A stretch of DNA of 63,957 nt, the filler included, from Phoronis australis (taxonomy: Eukaryota; Animalia; Phoronida): assembly GCA_002633005.1 (NCBI GenBank). It is 12 parts of 12 records of this genome, joined end to end, with 100 filler letters (N's around TTAATTAATTAA, not from the genome) between each part and the next. Parts side by side here need not be neighbours in the genome. Positions count along the whole stretch, not along the records: positions 26,231 to 43,579 come from NMRA01001488.1; positions 43,680 to 48,467 come from NMRA01002485.1; positions 48,568 to 51,722 come from NMRA01003183.1; 9 more parts are not named here. One strand, given 5' to 3'. Within the stretch, counting starts at the first letter, position 1. Every line of letters starts with the position of its first letter. Positions 37,306-50,617 of this stretch are shown in pieces. The position numbers and the translations under genes are program-made. Under the pieces are notes generated by a model. That model ran no database searches, had not been told where the DNA came from, and saw only the letters and a program-made list of their open reading frames with translations.

Positions 37306-40300
37306 TTGAGGATTTTTAAAAAGTTTTTTTTTCTATCTGCGGTTTGTGAATCCGAATTTCATCAATGTCTTTGAGATTTATTTAGATATGCAAAAATCGT
37401 CTGTAAGTGTACTTTACTATTACTTCCGGCTGTAATTACATTAACTGAAACATCACCAATTCTTACAAGATTAGCTTCAAATTGTCAAAAATCCTCTGAA
37501 TCTATCGATTTTCGTAGATACATAAACAAGTAAATCAGAAACCAACGAATTAGTTTATCAAAACGGAATGTTATAAGCAATTTTCCCATGCATGCTTACA
37601 GACTCTTGACGGGTAACCGGGGGAATATGGGAGAAGGGGCGTTCGTATTAAGGTAAATTTTTGCTCATGTCAGAGGTACCTATAACGGTTCACGAAGAAA
37701 AACTGAACTCCACTTACAAAAAAGAACGCTGAAATCTTTGTTTATGATTGCGAGAGTTCTTTGAGTAGGCCTACCCCCTTTCGACATCTACACGGTCATC
37801 ACAAATACACGTAGTAGCCTAGGCAGCAGTGTTTTCCACATGTGGGAATTCCTTACGAACAACTCATAGTAACCATTTTTAAAAGAGATACTTTTCTTGT
37901 GATACTACGGGAAACAGTAACATTATTTTACAACTAACCATCGGAAATAGTCCTTTTGTGAAATTCTCAAATAGTGGTCTTCACTTTCTTCAAAATTCCA
38001 CCCTTTCGATGGAGGCAATTCTACTGTATTTTTTCACATTTTTGGTTGTTTGGGTGGAATGGCTGTGCTGTGCACGAATTTGGAATCTCAACTTCCATCG
38101 GGAATACTTGGCAGTGTCGGATTTACATGTATAGATGGACAAAGGGACATTTCCCCCCGCACTGCTTCACCGAGAGAGGGTACCGTCTGAAATGGGTCAC
38201 CTTAAGATGAAAAGCTAAACATGTCTTTCTTTTCTCGACTTTCCCCGGTCCCACGCCTATGTCAGTTGCCTAAAAATTTTTGGGGGGCCCGCCCCCCCCC
38301 GCTTCCTACGGCACTGATATGACGACTATTTTGTCTAAAATCCCATAAATCTATAATCATTAGTTGAATCTTTTTATTGACTGCAGTGAAATTAGAGGAA
38401 TGGGTGTAAATTTGTAAATACCAAAACGTGGTGTTTTGCGAAGTAAGACCGGTAAGGTTATATTTAGGTAACTTCGCAAAAATCATATCTCGGGAATGAC
38501 TGATCGGATTCATAGGAGACTTGTAGATACTATGCTTTACGCGCTGCTCTGCTTTCGAAATGAGGAGTCATCAGAACGTAGCGATGAAATTCGTGAAAAA
38601 ACATATAAATTGCATGAAATGAAAACGAAGTAATATTTATGAAACCGTAAGTTTTTTTGAGGTCTCATCTTGAATATTTTTATAAATGTAGAATAAGAAT
38701 CGATCACGCTATTGATTGATTGCTTTTCGTTATTGAAGTATTGAAAGTGTGAAATTACTGATCTGTGTGTTGCGAAGACCTAAATGTATCTATGTATCTA
38801 TGGCTTAGTAAAGAGAAAGTCGCTTCAACTTAATGTCGTTGCGTTACCCGCGTGCGGTTGTGCCCTGGTTATTTGTAGTCACTCAAGCGAGAGCTTGTAC
38901 TGACGACCTTCATACATTAGATAAAACACGCAGCGCCTCTAGTGGACGCAATCGTAACTAAATACAGTTACAGATTACATAACAGATTGTTGTCATTGTT
39001 GAATTCACAGAACTGAAACATCTCGGGATTCAAAAATTTGAGAACACGCACATCCAATCTTGAATGACTACTCAATGCACGTGCGGCAAAACCAATTCTT
39101 GGGTTGGGGAGGGATATGAGGACAACAAATACGCCCTTAAAGTCCTTCTCTCAAACTGCCCATGTGGTTCCAGTATCCGAAAATACTTACTACATAAATT
39201 CTTATTTTCGACACCCTTTCTTTATATTCTTTTCGCCTTTCTTGTCAAAAGCGATTTTCTAACAGTATTTGACCCTTCTCTCTGAGCGTATGATTACCGG
39301 TTGTCATCGGTTATTTCCGTACCCACATTTCCGGCTCATCAGTTCAGGAACTTGTCCTGAACGCCGCCAATTTTTCCTTGTAACTGAATGTGCTGTGGCT
39401 TGCTCGAAGTCTTCATTATTTTGTTGTGTTAGTAATATATTGTGATTCGTTTGCATATGTAGTGTATTTATAGTTTGTAGTTAGTGGTCGTTGATTTTTT
39501 TGGAATGTTACGCGTACTTAGTATGTTAAAATAGCATTGGTGTTTAGTTCCTTGCGTAGGCCGGTCGAACCTAGGAACCAATATGGGTCGAACCATTTTT
39601 TTTCGGTTTTATTTTTTTCCTCGTTTTGCAAAAGTACTATGCCATCATCGGGAAGGTAGTACATTCTACTCAGTAAAAATCGAAAAAGTATCAAAATCGG
39701 GGCAAGCACTGTAAAGTTATTGCAAGTTTTGTGGCGAAATTTGGGTCACTTTGTTTGGATCGCGTCGGCCATATTGGAGGACAGAGGGATAAGTTATGAG
39801 TTTAAAACTGCGTAAATTGTTTTCGCCAACAAATTACGGTGAAATTTAGTTAGACATATCTTTACTTACTATTCTGCACGATTTAACAGTGTTCACCAAA
39901 TTTCAGCCTCGCAGTTGTTACTCATTAGGTGATAAATGTGCTCACAATTCCCGCTGGACTTCGTCTCATTTCTGGCGGCACCGACAACATGGCGACTTTT
40001 GCTGAACTGAAAGGCATGTTCAATCGGCTACTTTGTAATTTGTGAAGATTTAAAGTTGATACATTTTGACAAACGTTGCTACAACTAAAAAGGGAACTTT
40101 GTTCAATTTTCGTGTTTTTTGTGCAAAACTAGAAGATATATTCGACAATATGAATAATCTTAATGTGAGAAATAAGCTATGTTGGATTGTGAAGCTTCAA
40201 GCCTCTAATTCTTGTTCCTTGCAACTTCATGCTTTTTTAAATGATGCTTGTCAAATTCTGGTGTAAGGAAACACTATTCCGTCACCATGGTAATAGTTAC

Positions 40301-41034
40301 ATGTATGTCCACTTTCATGTCATGGAAACTGTGCTGTTGAATAGTGTTTGTAATGCTAAATGTTGTAAAGTATTGTGCATTTTAAGTTACTTAATATGTT
40401 GGGTTAATGAATAAAAATTGATAACATGTTGTACTGGACTTGTCATACTTAAAGATAGACATTCCCAAAAATTTCTCGGCCTGGGTTCCTGAATGAATTG
40501 TACTTTCAGGTTCGCGGCAAGTTCAAAATGGCGGTGGTTCTTCGGGTGCGAATCATGAGAGGCGCGTTCATTTAAACTTTTTTCGGGTACGGATCGTGTA
40601 TTAGTTATGGGGTAGGTACTTCTTGGATCCTTATAACATCTTCTAACCATGTAATAAGGGTTAACAACGCGTGAGAGAAGGACTTTAAAGAGTTCCCACC
40701 ATGACCCTGTGTCTCAAAAAGGAATTTTATTACTACATCTCAACAGATTTAATAGCCTTTAGTACACCTGTTGCTACGAAACAATCTAAAAATTTTAAAA
40801 ATATATTTTTCTGTTACCGAGTTTGTACGCAATGGGTGGAAGACCGCCTCAGCCGTTTGTTGTTTTACCAGTGCGATACTGAGGAGTCGTGAAGAAAGTC
40901 CGCGGAGAGCCGGCTTTTTCAGACATGAAAAGGTGCGTTTGTGGAAACTGTGGTAACAACAACTTGACTGTGAACGTCTTAGTGTTCAAATTTCCTAAAT
41001 ACGTGAAAGTTGCACAAAAATGGCACCGGTTTGT

Positions 41035-41183
41035 CATGGGCGGCGCACCATAGGGGCCTGGGGTAGGGCTATAGCCCCCCACCTTTTTAGGGCAAAGCCG
41101 CCCATGGTCTATAGGCAGTGCAACACAGGAGGGCTGGGGGGGAGAGTTTAGCCCCCACTTTTTTCAGTGCTGCGCCACCCATG
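41035..41183. mobile_element. Small GC-rich MITE
   Basis: Ends CATGGGCGGCGCAC / GTGCTGCGCCACCCATG; flanks TTTGT / ATTGT. Confidence 0.65.
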
Positions 41184-42505
41184 ATTGTGCGCCGAACAAG
41201 AGTGTGGAGTGTCAGTGTGGAACATGAGNGGAACACATGCGATTCAGTCCAGCGGAAGCCACACTTTGATCGGCACATTTCAAAGAATCGTGTTTCGACC
41301 ACACACATAAGCGGCGTTACAATGAAGGACTCACCACCAATGAAGTGCATTTGCAAATTTTGTAAATAACGAACAAACTGCTTCCATTCTAGGGCGAGTG
41401 ATGCCAGGCCCTGGACCCCGGCCCAGATCGAGTGCTACTACAAGTAGGCTTATATGCATATTGTGTTTAGAATGTGCTCATTCCATCATGGCAATAGTGA
41501 ATACGAGTTACCCAGGTTTACTGTGGCCTTTGTCAGTAATTTTTAAGTGTCTATTTTGTGAGTATTGACCAGCACTTGGTAGATTTGGTTGTGGCTCGCA
41601 TGTGTGTGCGGCATTTCTCGTGCCATTGGGTCGAGTTCATACGGCCTTAAGCCGACGAAAGTTCGCTAAATGGGGAATCGAATTCATTGCCTGATTCTTC
41701 AAGTACTTGAGTGTGGTGCCCGTATCCACTCTCCCCTCTGTCTGCATAATAATTGTCCCATTCTCGCCCAATATCGTCCTTGTCTTCTGACCTGCAGTGT
41801 GCCGACATTCAAATGATTGTCAAGCGGCCAACCATCTTCCACCCGTTGCATCATTTGGCGGGAAACTTAGAAATAAGCAATTTTACTTCAACATTAAAAC
41901 TTTTGCGACTATTTGGCATAAAAGGTGTCTATTTAGTAAGATTTTATGGTATTCGATTCATATTAGCTAACTGAAAACAGAAAAAGTAAGAAAATGGATG
42001 GTGAGAGCTCTTTAAACAATTTAATTAACCTTCCCAGTAAAACCGGCGAAAAAGACAACAATTTTCGACTAAAAACAAAATCAAATGTTAAAAACTAAGT
42101 CCCAACCTAAGTAGGTGTACATGCATTAAGTCAATAGAGGTGTATTATTCTCTGCATTACATGAGCCAAATATCTGAGGATATTAAAACATAACAATAAA
42201 CACTGTAATGCGCCTGTATCAGGGGGGTATAACTTCCAAGCCTGGTTTTCCCCAAACGATTTGCGTATAGGCGGGGGCACCCAATATCGCATATAGGCGC
42301 ATCTTCGAATTTTGGGCATGGGCAACATTTACCCACAACGATGGATACGAGTAGGGCCGTGGTCTCAATTTCAAACAAATGCCGTGTTTATCCCCATTTT
42401 ACAGCAAATCATTACAGCAATATGGTAAGTTGCACTGGATCTTTCTGCTAGACCTTCGAGTCAGGTCTCTGACTCCTCATCATGGTCTTGTATATATGTG
42501 TTATA

Positions 42506-43125
42506 TGTTATACAGAATTTTTTAAATGCACGACACTTTTCATTGTTCACAGTCTTTATTCCTCTACGTTCGTACTTTCGGAACAAAACTCTACTCTCAA
42601 CTGAACATAGATACAGTAACTGACCTAGCGACATAATTAAAAGGCACACGAGATTTCGAAACATACTTGTTTCATTCTCAAGTGAAGATAAAATGACGCA
42701 GTAATGCCACCACAGAGTATAAGCTGACGACACACACAGTGAGACACGGCGGGTGTGAAATACTGCAAAGAATGACTAATGAAGGGGGGTAACAGGAAAN
42801 GTCACGCAAACAAGTGTAACGTGCGGCGCGACCCTGTTTGCTGCTCATTCAAAGCAGGCTTCTCAAAAGCATTTAAAAGGGACTCTAATACTTTCAAACG
42901 CAGCACATCTTGCTCCACGTAGCGAATTGAGAATGAAACAAGTATGTTTCGAAATATCGTGTGTCTTTTAATTATGTCGCTAGGTCAGTTACTGTATCTA
43001 TGTTCAGTTGAGAATAGAGTTTTGTTCCGAAAGTACGAACGTAGCGGAATAAAGACTGTGAACAATGAAAAGTGTCGTGCATTTAATAAATTCTGTATAA
43101 CAGAAAACTTGCTCCCGAAGTAGAG
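42506..43125 (+). mobile_element. Repeat family A, copy 2, with an inverted duplication of its left arm (42926-43125)
   Basis: 42508-42681 is the reverse complement of 42926-43100; followed by (ATGT)n. Confidence 0.9.
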
Positions 43126-43133
43126 TCATGTGT

Positions 43134-43134
<1 letters not shown>

Positions 43135-43165
<31 letters not shown>

Positions 43166-43187
43166 TGTATGTACGTATGTATGTATG
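43135..43187. repeat. (ATGT)n microsatellite
   Basis: Directly visible. Confidence 0.95.
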
Positions 43188-46100
43188 TGGCAAGACGGAA
43201 TGGTTTCAAGTCATTGGTGCAACGCGCCCGGCTGAGCCGTCTGCGCACCTCCATTATCTTTGCTTTTTTTTAGATTGCAATAACCATAAATTGACAAGCT
43301 TGGTGTACACGCTTGTTGTTCTTTTCCTCTCTGTCTTAGCTCACACATCCCTTACCGGTCTCGCTTATTCAACAATACACAAAAAAATTCGGAATGTTTC
43401 AACCGCTAATTGTGTTGTCATCTACCTTCAGAAAAAGCGTGGATTAAACTAAATCTTATTATGCCAAAAAAATAACATCACTACCCGCACCCACGGTTGT
43501 ATAAGTTTATAGGCCTATTGCGAAGCGACTTTATAATAATATAGTTACCAGCATATCGCAATGGCCCTTGCTGGGATCTNNNNNNNNNNNNNNNNNNNNN
43601 NNNNNNNNNNNNNNNNNNNNNNNTTAATTAATTAANNNNNNNNNNNNNNNNNNNNNNNNNNNNNNNNNNNNNNNNNNNNCGTGGGCGTTGATTTAGAGAT
43701 TTTGTAGGACCGTTTCCAGAGGACAGTTTGCCTGTCATGGCTCATCTGACGTTCATTGCGACACGATTGTTGGTTTCAAGTCAGCCGATACGCCAATGCC
43801 ATGCCGTTGTCTAGATTTTTATGGATTTCTGGCATAATACAGAGTGTATTTTGTTTGTCGAGGGGCATTTAGTGATCAGTGACATATATTGAACCACATG
43901 GAATTGGTTTTTGGTACCTCGATTGTATGAGCTAGCTCATTTTTGGGGGTCCTTTTTGAGTTTCTGGCCGACACATTCCAGAGTGCAATTTGTCTTTCAT
44001 GGGTTATTCCGTGTTAAGTGCGATCTATTGTCCGTTTTAAATCAGTATTGGCCGATACCTCAAATATCTAATTTGGTTTATTTTTGGCCCCCTTTTAAGG
44101 AATCCAGTGCAGAAAACAGCAGAGGTCCATTTCCGTATACATTGAGGTGGACTCTAAGTGCTCCTATGGTCAGATGTTGGTACCTCGTTCATCTATGCTA
44201 AGGGCCCTGGGTTGTCGGTGTATAAAACTGGTGGTCTCGATCGTGGTTACCTCGGTAGTATAACTAATTCCGCAGCTTAACAGCACTCCTAAGTTTCCTT
44301 AAACAGTCAGTTTCAGAACTCTTGGCACGGTTCCTTGTTTCTAACAAAAGTTTGCCTTTAAACTTGAAACTGCTAATTTTGACTGACCAACTAATGGTTA
44401 CTTTGGCAACGGTGCTTAGCCACCACCCTAAGTATCAGCAAAGAATCTTTTGGCATGATTGCCTGCTTCTAATGTGAATTTGTCATCAAACAACTCAGCC
44501 AATAAGACGTAGACCCCTCGTCTATTTGAAACGTGTCGTTTTTGTAAGAGGTTTCCAAGGTACTGAATGACGTAATCTTTCGCTGGAAGAACACTACGTA
44601 AAGTGATCTTGCTTCTTAAATATTCCAGAGTTGCGCATGAGCTCGTTCGGACAAAGACAATAGGCCTCATTTACGCAGTCGCCGTTTGGTAGTGAGCCAC
44701 GTTTTATGTTTAAAAACAAAACAGTCCGATCAGGACATAAATGTAACGACGCACGCGAAAAAATACGTTTTGCTCTGTATTTAAAGTGTAAATTGCAAGG
44801 TCTCAACCAATCTGAACAACAATATGCTCTAAATTCGTGTTTATAATTATTATTGCTATATTCTTAACATTAACTGAATTGTACGTCGCTATAAAAAGTG
44901 ATTTACATATTTGTTGCCGTGGCGTTGTAACGCCATTGTTGTAACGGAAAATAGAAACGGCGCCATTTTCCTTCGTTACACATCTGTGACGTGGTGTTGG
45001 GGAACACAAAGAAAACAATATGGATCCCAGTGGGTACAGCAGCGTAGATGAAGAATATTTTGAAAGATATAGGGAGGGTCAGGTGGAGTTTTCAGACGAT
45101 TCTGACGTTTCGGGTGTCTGTTTCATGAAAAGTGACTTAAATCTGAAGTTAAAAGTTTGATCTTAGGCTCTGCATAACAATTTCTGGAGAATAATTGAAA
45201 CCCACTTTAGCAAAAGCATAGGTACAAAGTATCTTAGAGTACACCCATAACTGCTAGTTACTGAGATAATGTGTATGAATTATTTCTAGGCTGTGACGCG
45301 CTAATAATTATATTCAGTAACGGTGGTGTGAGAGTGTGAGACCAAATTTGTATTATTGTAGACGAAGGCGTCATCGCCCTGTAATGGATCTGAATGATAA
45401 AATAAAGTAAATAATATTTACGGGAACAGGTATATGTGAAGAATGAAAATGCATTGCTAAAATTGCAGGTACCTCCCTTTCAGAGTTACAGGTCCCCTGA
45501 ACACAAAAATGTAACCTTGGGTGTAAAAACATGTCTTTTAAGGGAAATTTTTTACCGTGTGGCTAAGTTAATTGCTCTGTAATAGAATTGAATAGCAAGA
45601 ATAAAGGATTACAGTACTTCAAACAAGGAAACATTTATTGATAGGTAAGTTTGAATTTTTGGGCGTTCTTCTTTCAGTATATTTTCAATCAACAGTTACC
45701 ACCACTTCCGGCGATAAGTAACTGTAGACAAGATACCCATGAGGGTTACCAAGGATAACACGGAGTTCAGCATTGACAGAACAAATAGCTGTAACAATGT
45801 TTCATTGCTGTGCAGTGACTGAGCTGGAGCCCTGAACTTCTGCGTCACACCGGGAAGCCACTTCCTGTCATCTTATTGATCAGTCATGTCAATTTTCGGA
45901 AAGTCCAGTTCTTTTTCATTATGATATGTTCTTGCAAACTCACATGATATGATTTTTTCGCCAAAAGACTTCGCTAAGTCTCCTCTACTCATATTTTAAT
46001 AGCCCACGAACATAGAAATGTTTTACTCAAGTTATTCCATGCCAACAACTGATTCCTGTTCTCTCAATTCAGTTGCTCATGAGGCAACTGCTTTCTATGT

Positions 46101-46666
46101 CTTCCCACATGTAGCACTTGTTTCCCGATGAACCCTTTTTCTTTAACACGCCATCCATACAACCGTTTTGAAGGGAAAATGAACCTCCTGCAGAGGAAAC
46201 AGAAATGATGAAATGTTAAGGCTGCATTTCGCCAATGTGTAATTGGCAGTGTTGAATTCTTAAACGGGGGGCTTTGTGTTTTTAACAATCCCACTCTCGT
46301 CCTATCTCGACCTGTTGTCGAATGAGCTGACAATACATACATACGCCATTTTCAAATCCACAATTTTAGGATTGCCTACCCCCGCTGGTTTGGATGTTCT
46401 TGTTGGTTTTGAAATAGAATCCTACCACGGCAAGGCATGTTATCTGACTGATTTTATGAGTAAAAGGCCCAGCTCGATTTTCATTTTAAGACAGCGAAAT
46501 GCAGCTTAAATAGAAGTTTTACTCTCACTGGTCACAACACATAACATACGAGCAAAAATTTTTATTAGAATTTTATAACACTAAAATAGAAGAAATAGGG
46601 TTACGTTCATTTACAACGCGGTTAAATTCTATAGCAAAACACTGTGTCAGGGGAAATCTGACTTAC

Positions 46667-46807
46667 CTGTATGCATAAAAAGGACCCGTTTCCCTTTGAA
46701 CCTCTCAGGGTTGTTCTCCATCTCCCTAAACATGGCTATCACAGTCTTGCCAGTGTAGGTCGTATCTAGCACAATACCTGTCTCACTGGCAACTTTTGCG
46801 TAAAAAT
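46667..46807 (-). CDS. Single exon of a PLP-dependent D-cysteine desulfhydrase / ACC-deaminase-family enzyme
   Basis: AG/GT-bounded 141-nt exon: DFYAKVASETGIVLDTTYTGKTVIAMFREMENNPERFKGKRVLFMHTG, matching the family pattern G(I/L)xLDPxY(S/T)GK...LF(I/L)HTGG. Confidence 0.8.
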
Positions 46808-47849
46808 CTAAAAATAGACATCAGGGGTGTGTTTCGTGGAGGGTAGTTACATTTGAGCTTTAAAAGACTTTAGCCATCAAGTTATCCTTTCTCTCCCCAC
46901 AAGTTCAAATTTAGCTTGAGAAAAGGTGCAAAATTTATTAGAATATGCACATCACTACCAGCTAGTTACTGGGGAAATTTCTATAAACTACTCAGCTGTC
47001 AAGTCCCAGTTTCACGAAAGACGAAGCTCTAGTCTAGTGTTGACTTACGCAGTAATGATCAAGTCCTTGACGATGCCTAAATTTGAACACATTAACTGTG
47101 TTATATTCTAGTGTAATAATTGGACTGCCGGGAACAAATACAATAATCCCAAGCAAAAGTAACGAAAAATCTATCGCAGAATACGGCAAAGTGCGTGCAT
47201 CTACAACTGGGTGTAAAACAATCTCCACCTGTTCATTCAAGACAATTGGATAAGGAATCTAAGTGTCGTTCGATAGACCCAAGATCTTGCGAGAAATGTA
47301 ACGAAAAACTTCTAGTCGTAAGAATCACGCGAGTGAAAGGCGACTGTTTTGCGACTATTTTGCGACGCGGTGTCGGCGAGACCTCACTAGCGTAACCCAG
47401 TAGAATGGCGGCCTCTGAAGTAATAGAGGTCGGTGAGCTTGGAACGCTGAAGTATGGGATAGAATTCATAAATTATGGGATAACTATGGCGCGCATTCAG
47501 TTTGAAGAATATTTGGCGTATTAAAGACTTGCTATTAACCTGGTATAACTAAAAGGGATATCGAGGTTCACTTCGGTTTACTGAATTATTGTTTCGTGGT
47601 TGTTTNATCATGTACTAATTGAAGCCCGCTTACGTCAAGGAAACACGTAAAAGTGAAAAGAAAAACGTTAACTTAAGGGAAAGGCAATCGTTTTTAGTGT
47701 CATTTTAGTTAAATTTCAATTTTCCAATTATCCTAAGTAACGTTTCAAGTTAATTGAATTCCCTGGGTTATGAACTGTACACAGTGACTTCAGCTCGCGA
47801 TGCTTGAGTTTCAAAAGAGCAATTGAAGCAGGTGGAGACGGAGTAGAGG

Positions 47850-47990
47850 AAGGAAATACTGACGGCATGGCATTATTCTTTAAAACGTGTTTAGCAGGTG
47901 CCTCCTTGATCTCAGCGTAAATGTCTCTTTCGGGATCTGCCATTAGAGCACGTTCGCTTTGCTTCACTTAAGGTGTGGTGCGATCGAGCA
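47850..47990 (-). pseudogene. THAP-domain C-terminal remnant (DNA transposon-derived)
   Basis: ERDIYAEIKEAPAKHVLKNNAMPSVFP resembles the THAP AVP(S/T)xF box; upstream sequence is broken. Confidence 0.5.
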
Positions 47991-48567
47991 ACACTTCTTC
48001 ATTGACAAAAACGAACTGGAAATCAGTGAAGCAGGACGTCGGGCTATACTCTTCAGCAACTCATACTGCGTGAAACAGAAAATGGATAATAACGACGTAA
48101 CTGGTCACAAGTTGACTTACATGTACAGTGTGACTTATCTGATGTCAAACACAGTCTGGAGTGCATGTAAATAAGGGTTGCGAGGAATTATTCGGGCCCC
48201 GGATACCACCTCCGCAGTGGCGCATCCATAATTAATTAGAACACCAGGGATTCAGTGAATTAAAAATAAATTTATCTTGGATAACTTGAAAACCCTAGTT
48301 TAATCAAAATAACGCTAAAAACGTCTCCCTTCCCATTGAGGAAAACCTTGTCAGTGCCAAATGGCGAAGCACCGGAAAAAATCTGTATTATCAGGAAGAG
48401 ATAACCAGGAAGGGACAACTGTTTTAGTGCATTTTAACGTATTTTCAAAGGTGATTTCAAAAGTAAANNNNNNNNNNNNNNNNNNNNNNNNNNNNNNNNN
48501 NNNNNNNNNNNTTAATTAATTAANNNNNNNNNNNNNNNNNNNNNNNNNNNNNNNNNNNNNNNNNNNN

Positions 48568-48924
48568 GGTCCTTATTGGCCTGCCGAACTTTGTAGGCTA
48601 CGATGTGTCCAAATACCAATAAATCCGTAAGAGCGAAATAAAATAACACGTTTTTATAAGAACTCGGTGTATTATTAAGGGTTTTACATCGAAGTTTGAC
48701 GATTTATTGGTGTTAAACGATGACTTCAAGCGATAAGCTGACACCAGTAACCCGTGTTGTGAACTGCTGAACAGACTGCGTGTGAAACCGATGACGTCAT
48801 TGGATAATTTCAACACCTCCGTCTGTTGTCAGGTAACGCAACCGTACGTGTCGTTATGGAGTAGAACTACTCGATCTAAATTGATACAAATTAGGTTTTT
48901 TTTTTGGGTGGCATGCTCCTTTAA
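48568..48924 (+). mobile_element. Right end of a second Kolobok-like copy (truncated by a gap)
   Basis: Near-identical to 30272-30614, ending GGGTGGCATGCTCCTTTAA. Confidence 0.85.
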
Positions 48925-49284
48925 TATTAAGTGCCGCAGAGGTGTTTTCAGCCTTTTTGGAGAACAACATATCAAACATAAAAAATACGGACTGTTCCAA
49001 AGAGAGGCCAACAGCCGATCTGAAGCTCTTCCTCGTACGTAGCACTGAGAGCTCACCGTTTTTCAACACTACTTCACCTAGTATTGGGTCTGCAAATTTT
49101 AAATTTTGGTAAAACATCTGGCGTAGTTTGGGCGGTTCTGGGCAAAGAATACATCTAGCATAGCCGGGAAAATGTTGATATAGCCACTGACATCATTGTT
49201 CTTGACGCATATTTGGAGTTCTCTGTGGGATCGGTTTGTAGATTGCCCAAAACTGATCACTTTTGCCAAATTTGCCATTAATTA

Positions 49285-50617
49285 CTGTTATACAGAATTT
49301 GTTAAATACACGACACTTTTCATTGTTCACAGTCTTTATTCCGTTACGTTCGTACTTTCGGCACAATACTCTACTCTAAACTGAACAAAGTAGATACATG
49401 TACAGTAACTGACCTAGCGACATAATTAAAAGACACACGATATTTCGAAACATACTTGTTTCATTCTCAAGTTAAGATAAAATAACGCAGTAATGCCACC
49501 ACAGAGAATAAGCAGACGACACGCACAGTGAGACACGGCGGGTGTGAAATACTGCAAAGAATGACTAATGAAGGGGGGTAACAGGAAAGTCACGCAAACA
49601 AGTGTAACGTACGTGCGGCACGACCCTGTTAGCTGCTCATTCAAAACAGGCTTCTCAAAAGCAATTAAAGGGGACTCTAATACTTTCAAACGCAGCACAT
49701 CCTGCTGTTAATGCAACCATGGGTCTCATTGGCGAACACATGATCGCGCAAGATGCTGCTTGGCTGCCAGTACAAGAACTTGGTGAGGAACCGAATGTCA
49801 TCATTGCTTTCAACAGGGAAGCTCGGGAAGGGCCTCCTGGAGTAGCCCAAGCATTGTGCCGTCAGCAATGGCGTGATCTTGGCGGTATTAATGCCATCAT
49901 TGTAGCAACTGATGGATCCTTCGATGGTGAAACTAATCGTGCGGGATGGGGTTATCAAATACGCTGTGCTAACAACGACATTGCGGAAGGTAGTGGCTGC
50001 CACCATGTATACACAAGCAGTACGCGGATGAAGTTTGAGGCTATACAACGTGCCCTAACCAAGTTGTCACTCTTAGACCTGGAGAATCACACCATTATCT
50101 TTGCCACCGATTCCATGGCTGTGTTGATGAAAGTTCAATCTGGAAACCTCCCAGCCAACTGGGGTGTCTTCCGATCACGCCAACCTCATCATGTAGTGAT
50201 CTGGTCTTTCGTACCTGGCCACGCCGGTGTCTTGATTAATGAGCGTGCAGATTACCTCGCTGGCTCATGCACCACCAACCAACCCCTCTACTTATATTCG
50301 GCTGACGTTAAGCTGCTGGCCCGCAAACGCAACCTCAGTCGATCAGACTGCCATCCCAACTGGCTGAGTTCAATGATGGCAGCCGCCTGCTCGAAGCCGG
50401 TATTATTTATGGCCATGCTGCGAAGAGTCACAAGAAGAGCCGTGCCCGCGTGCTGTCGAACCAAATACTTAAGGCAACGTCAGCCCTGGAGTTTGCGCCT
50501 TCTGCTGTCACGGGGATTGACTGGGGAGGGGATTAATGCACCAGCATAACCCCAATGATCCTGTCCGTGGCAGGCATTACAGGTATTATATTGCACATCT
50601 TGCTCCACGTAGCGAAT
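49285..50617 (+). mobile_element. Repeat family A, copy 3, interrupted by a retroelement at 49702-50592
   Basis: Sequence resumes at 50593 with GCACATCTTGCTCCACGTAGCGAAT, exactly as in copy 2. Confidence 0.9.
49702..50592 (+). mobile_element. 5'-truncated non-LTR retrotransposon encoding RNase H (ORF 49719-50549)
   Basis: 7-bp TSD GCACATC (49695-49701, 50593-50599); RNase H motifs ATDGS, AGWG, ATDSMAVL, VPGHAGVLINERADYLA; 3' end ATTATATT. Confidence 0.9.

Noticed and set aside
44428-44670. Weak ubiquitin-like pattern in an 80-aa ORF
   Set aside because: Only a few hydrophobic positions match; no splice or start context and no diglycine.
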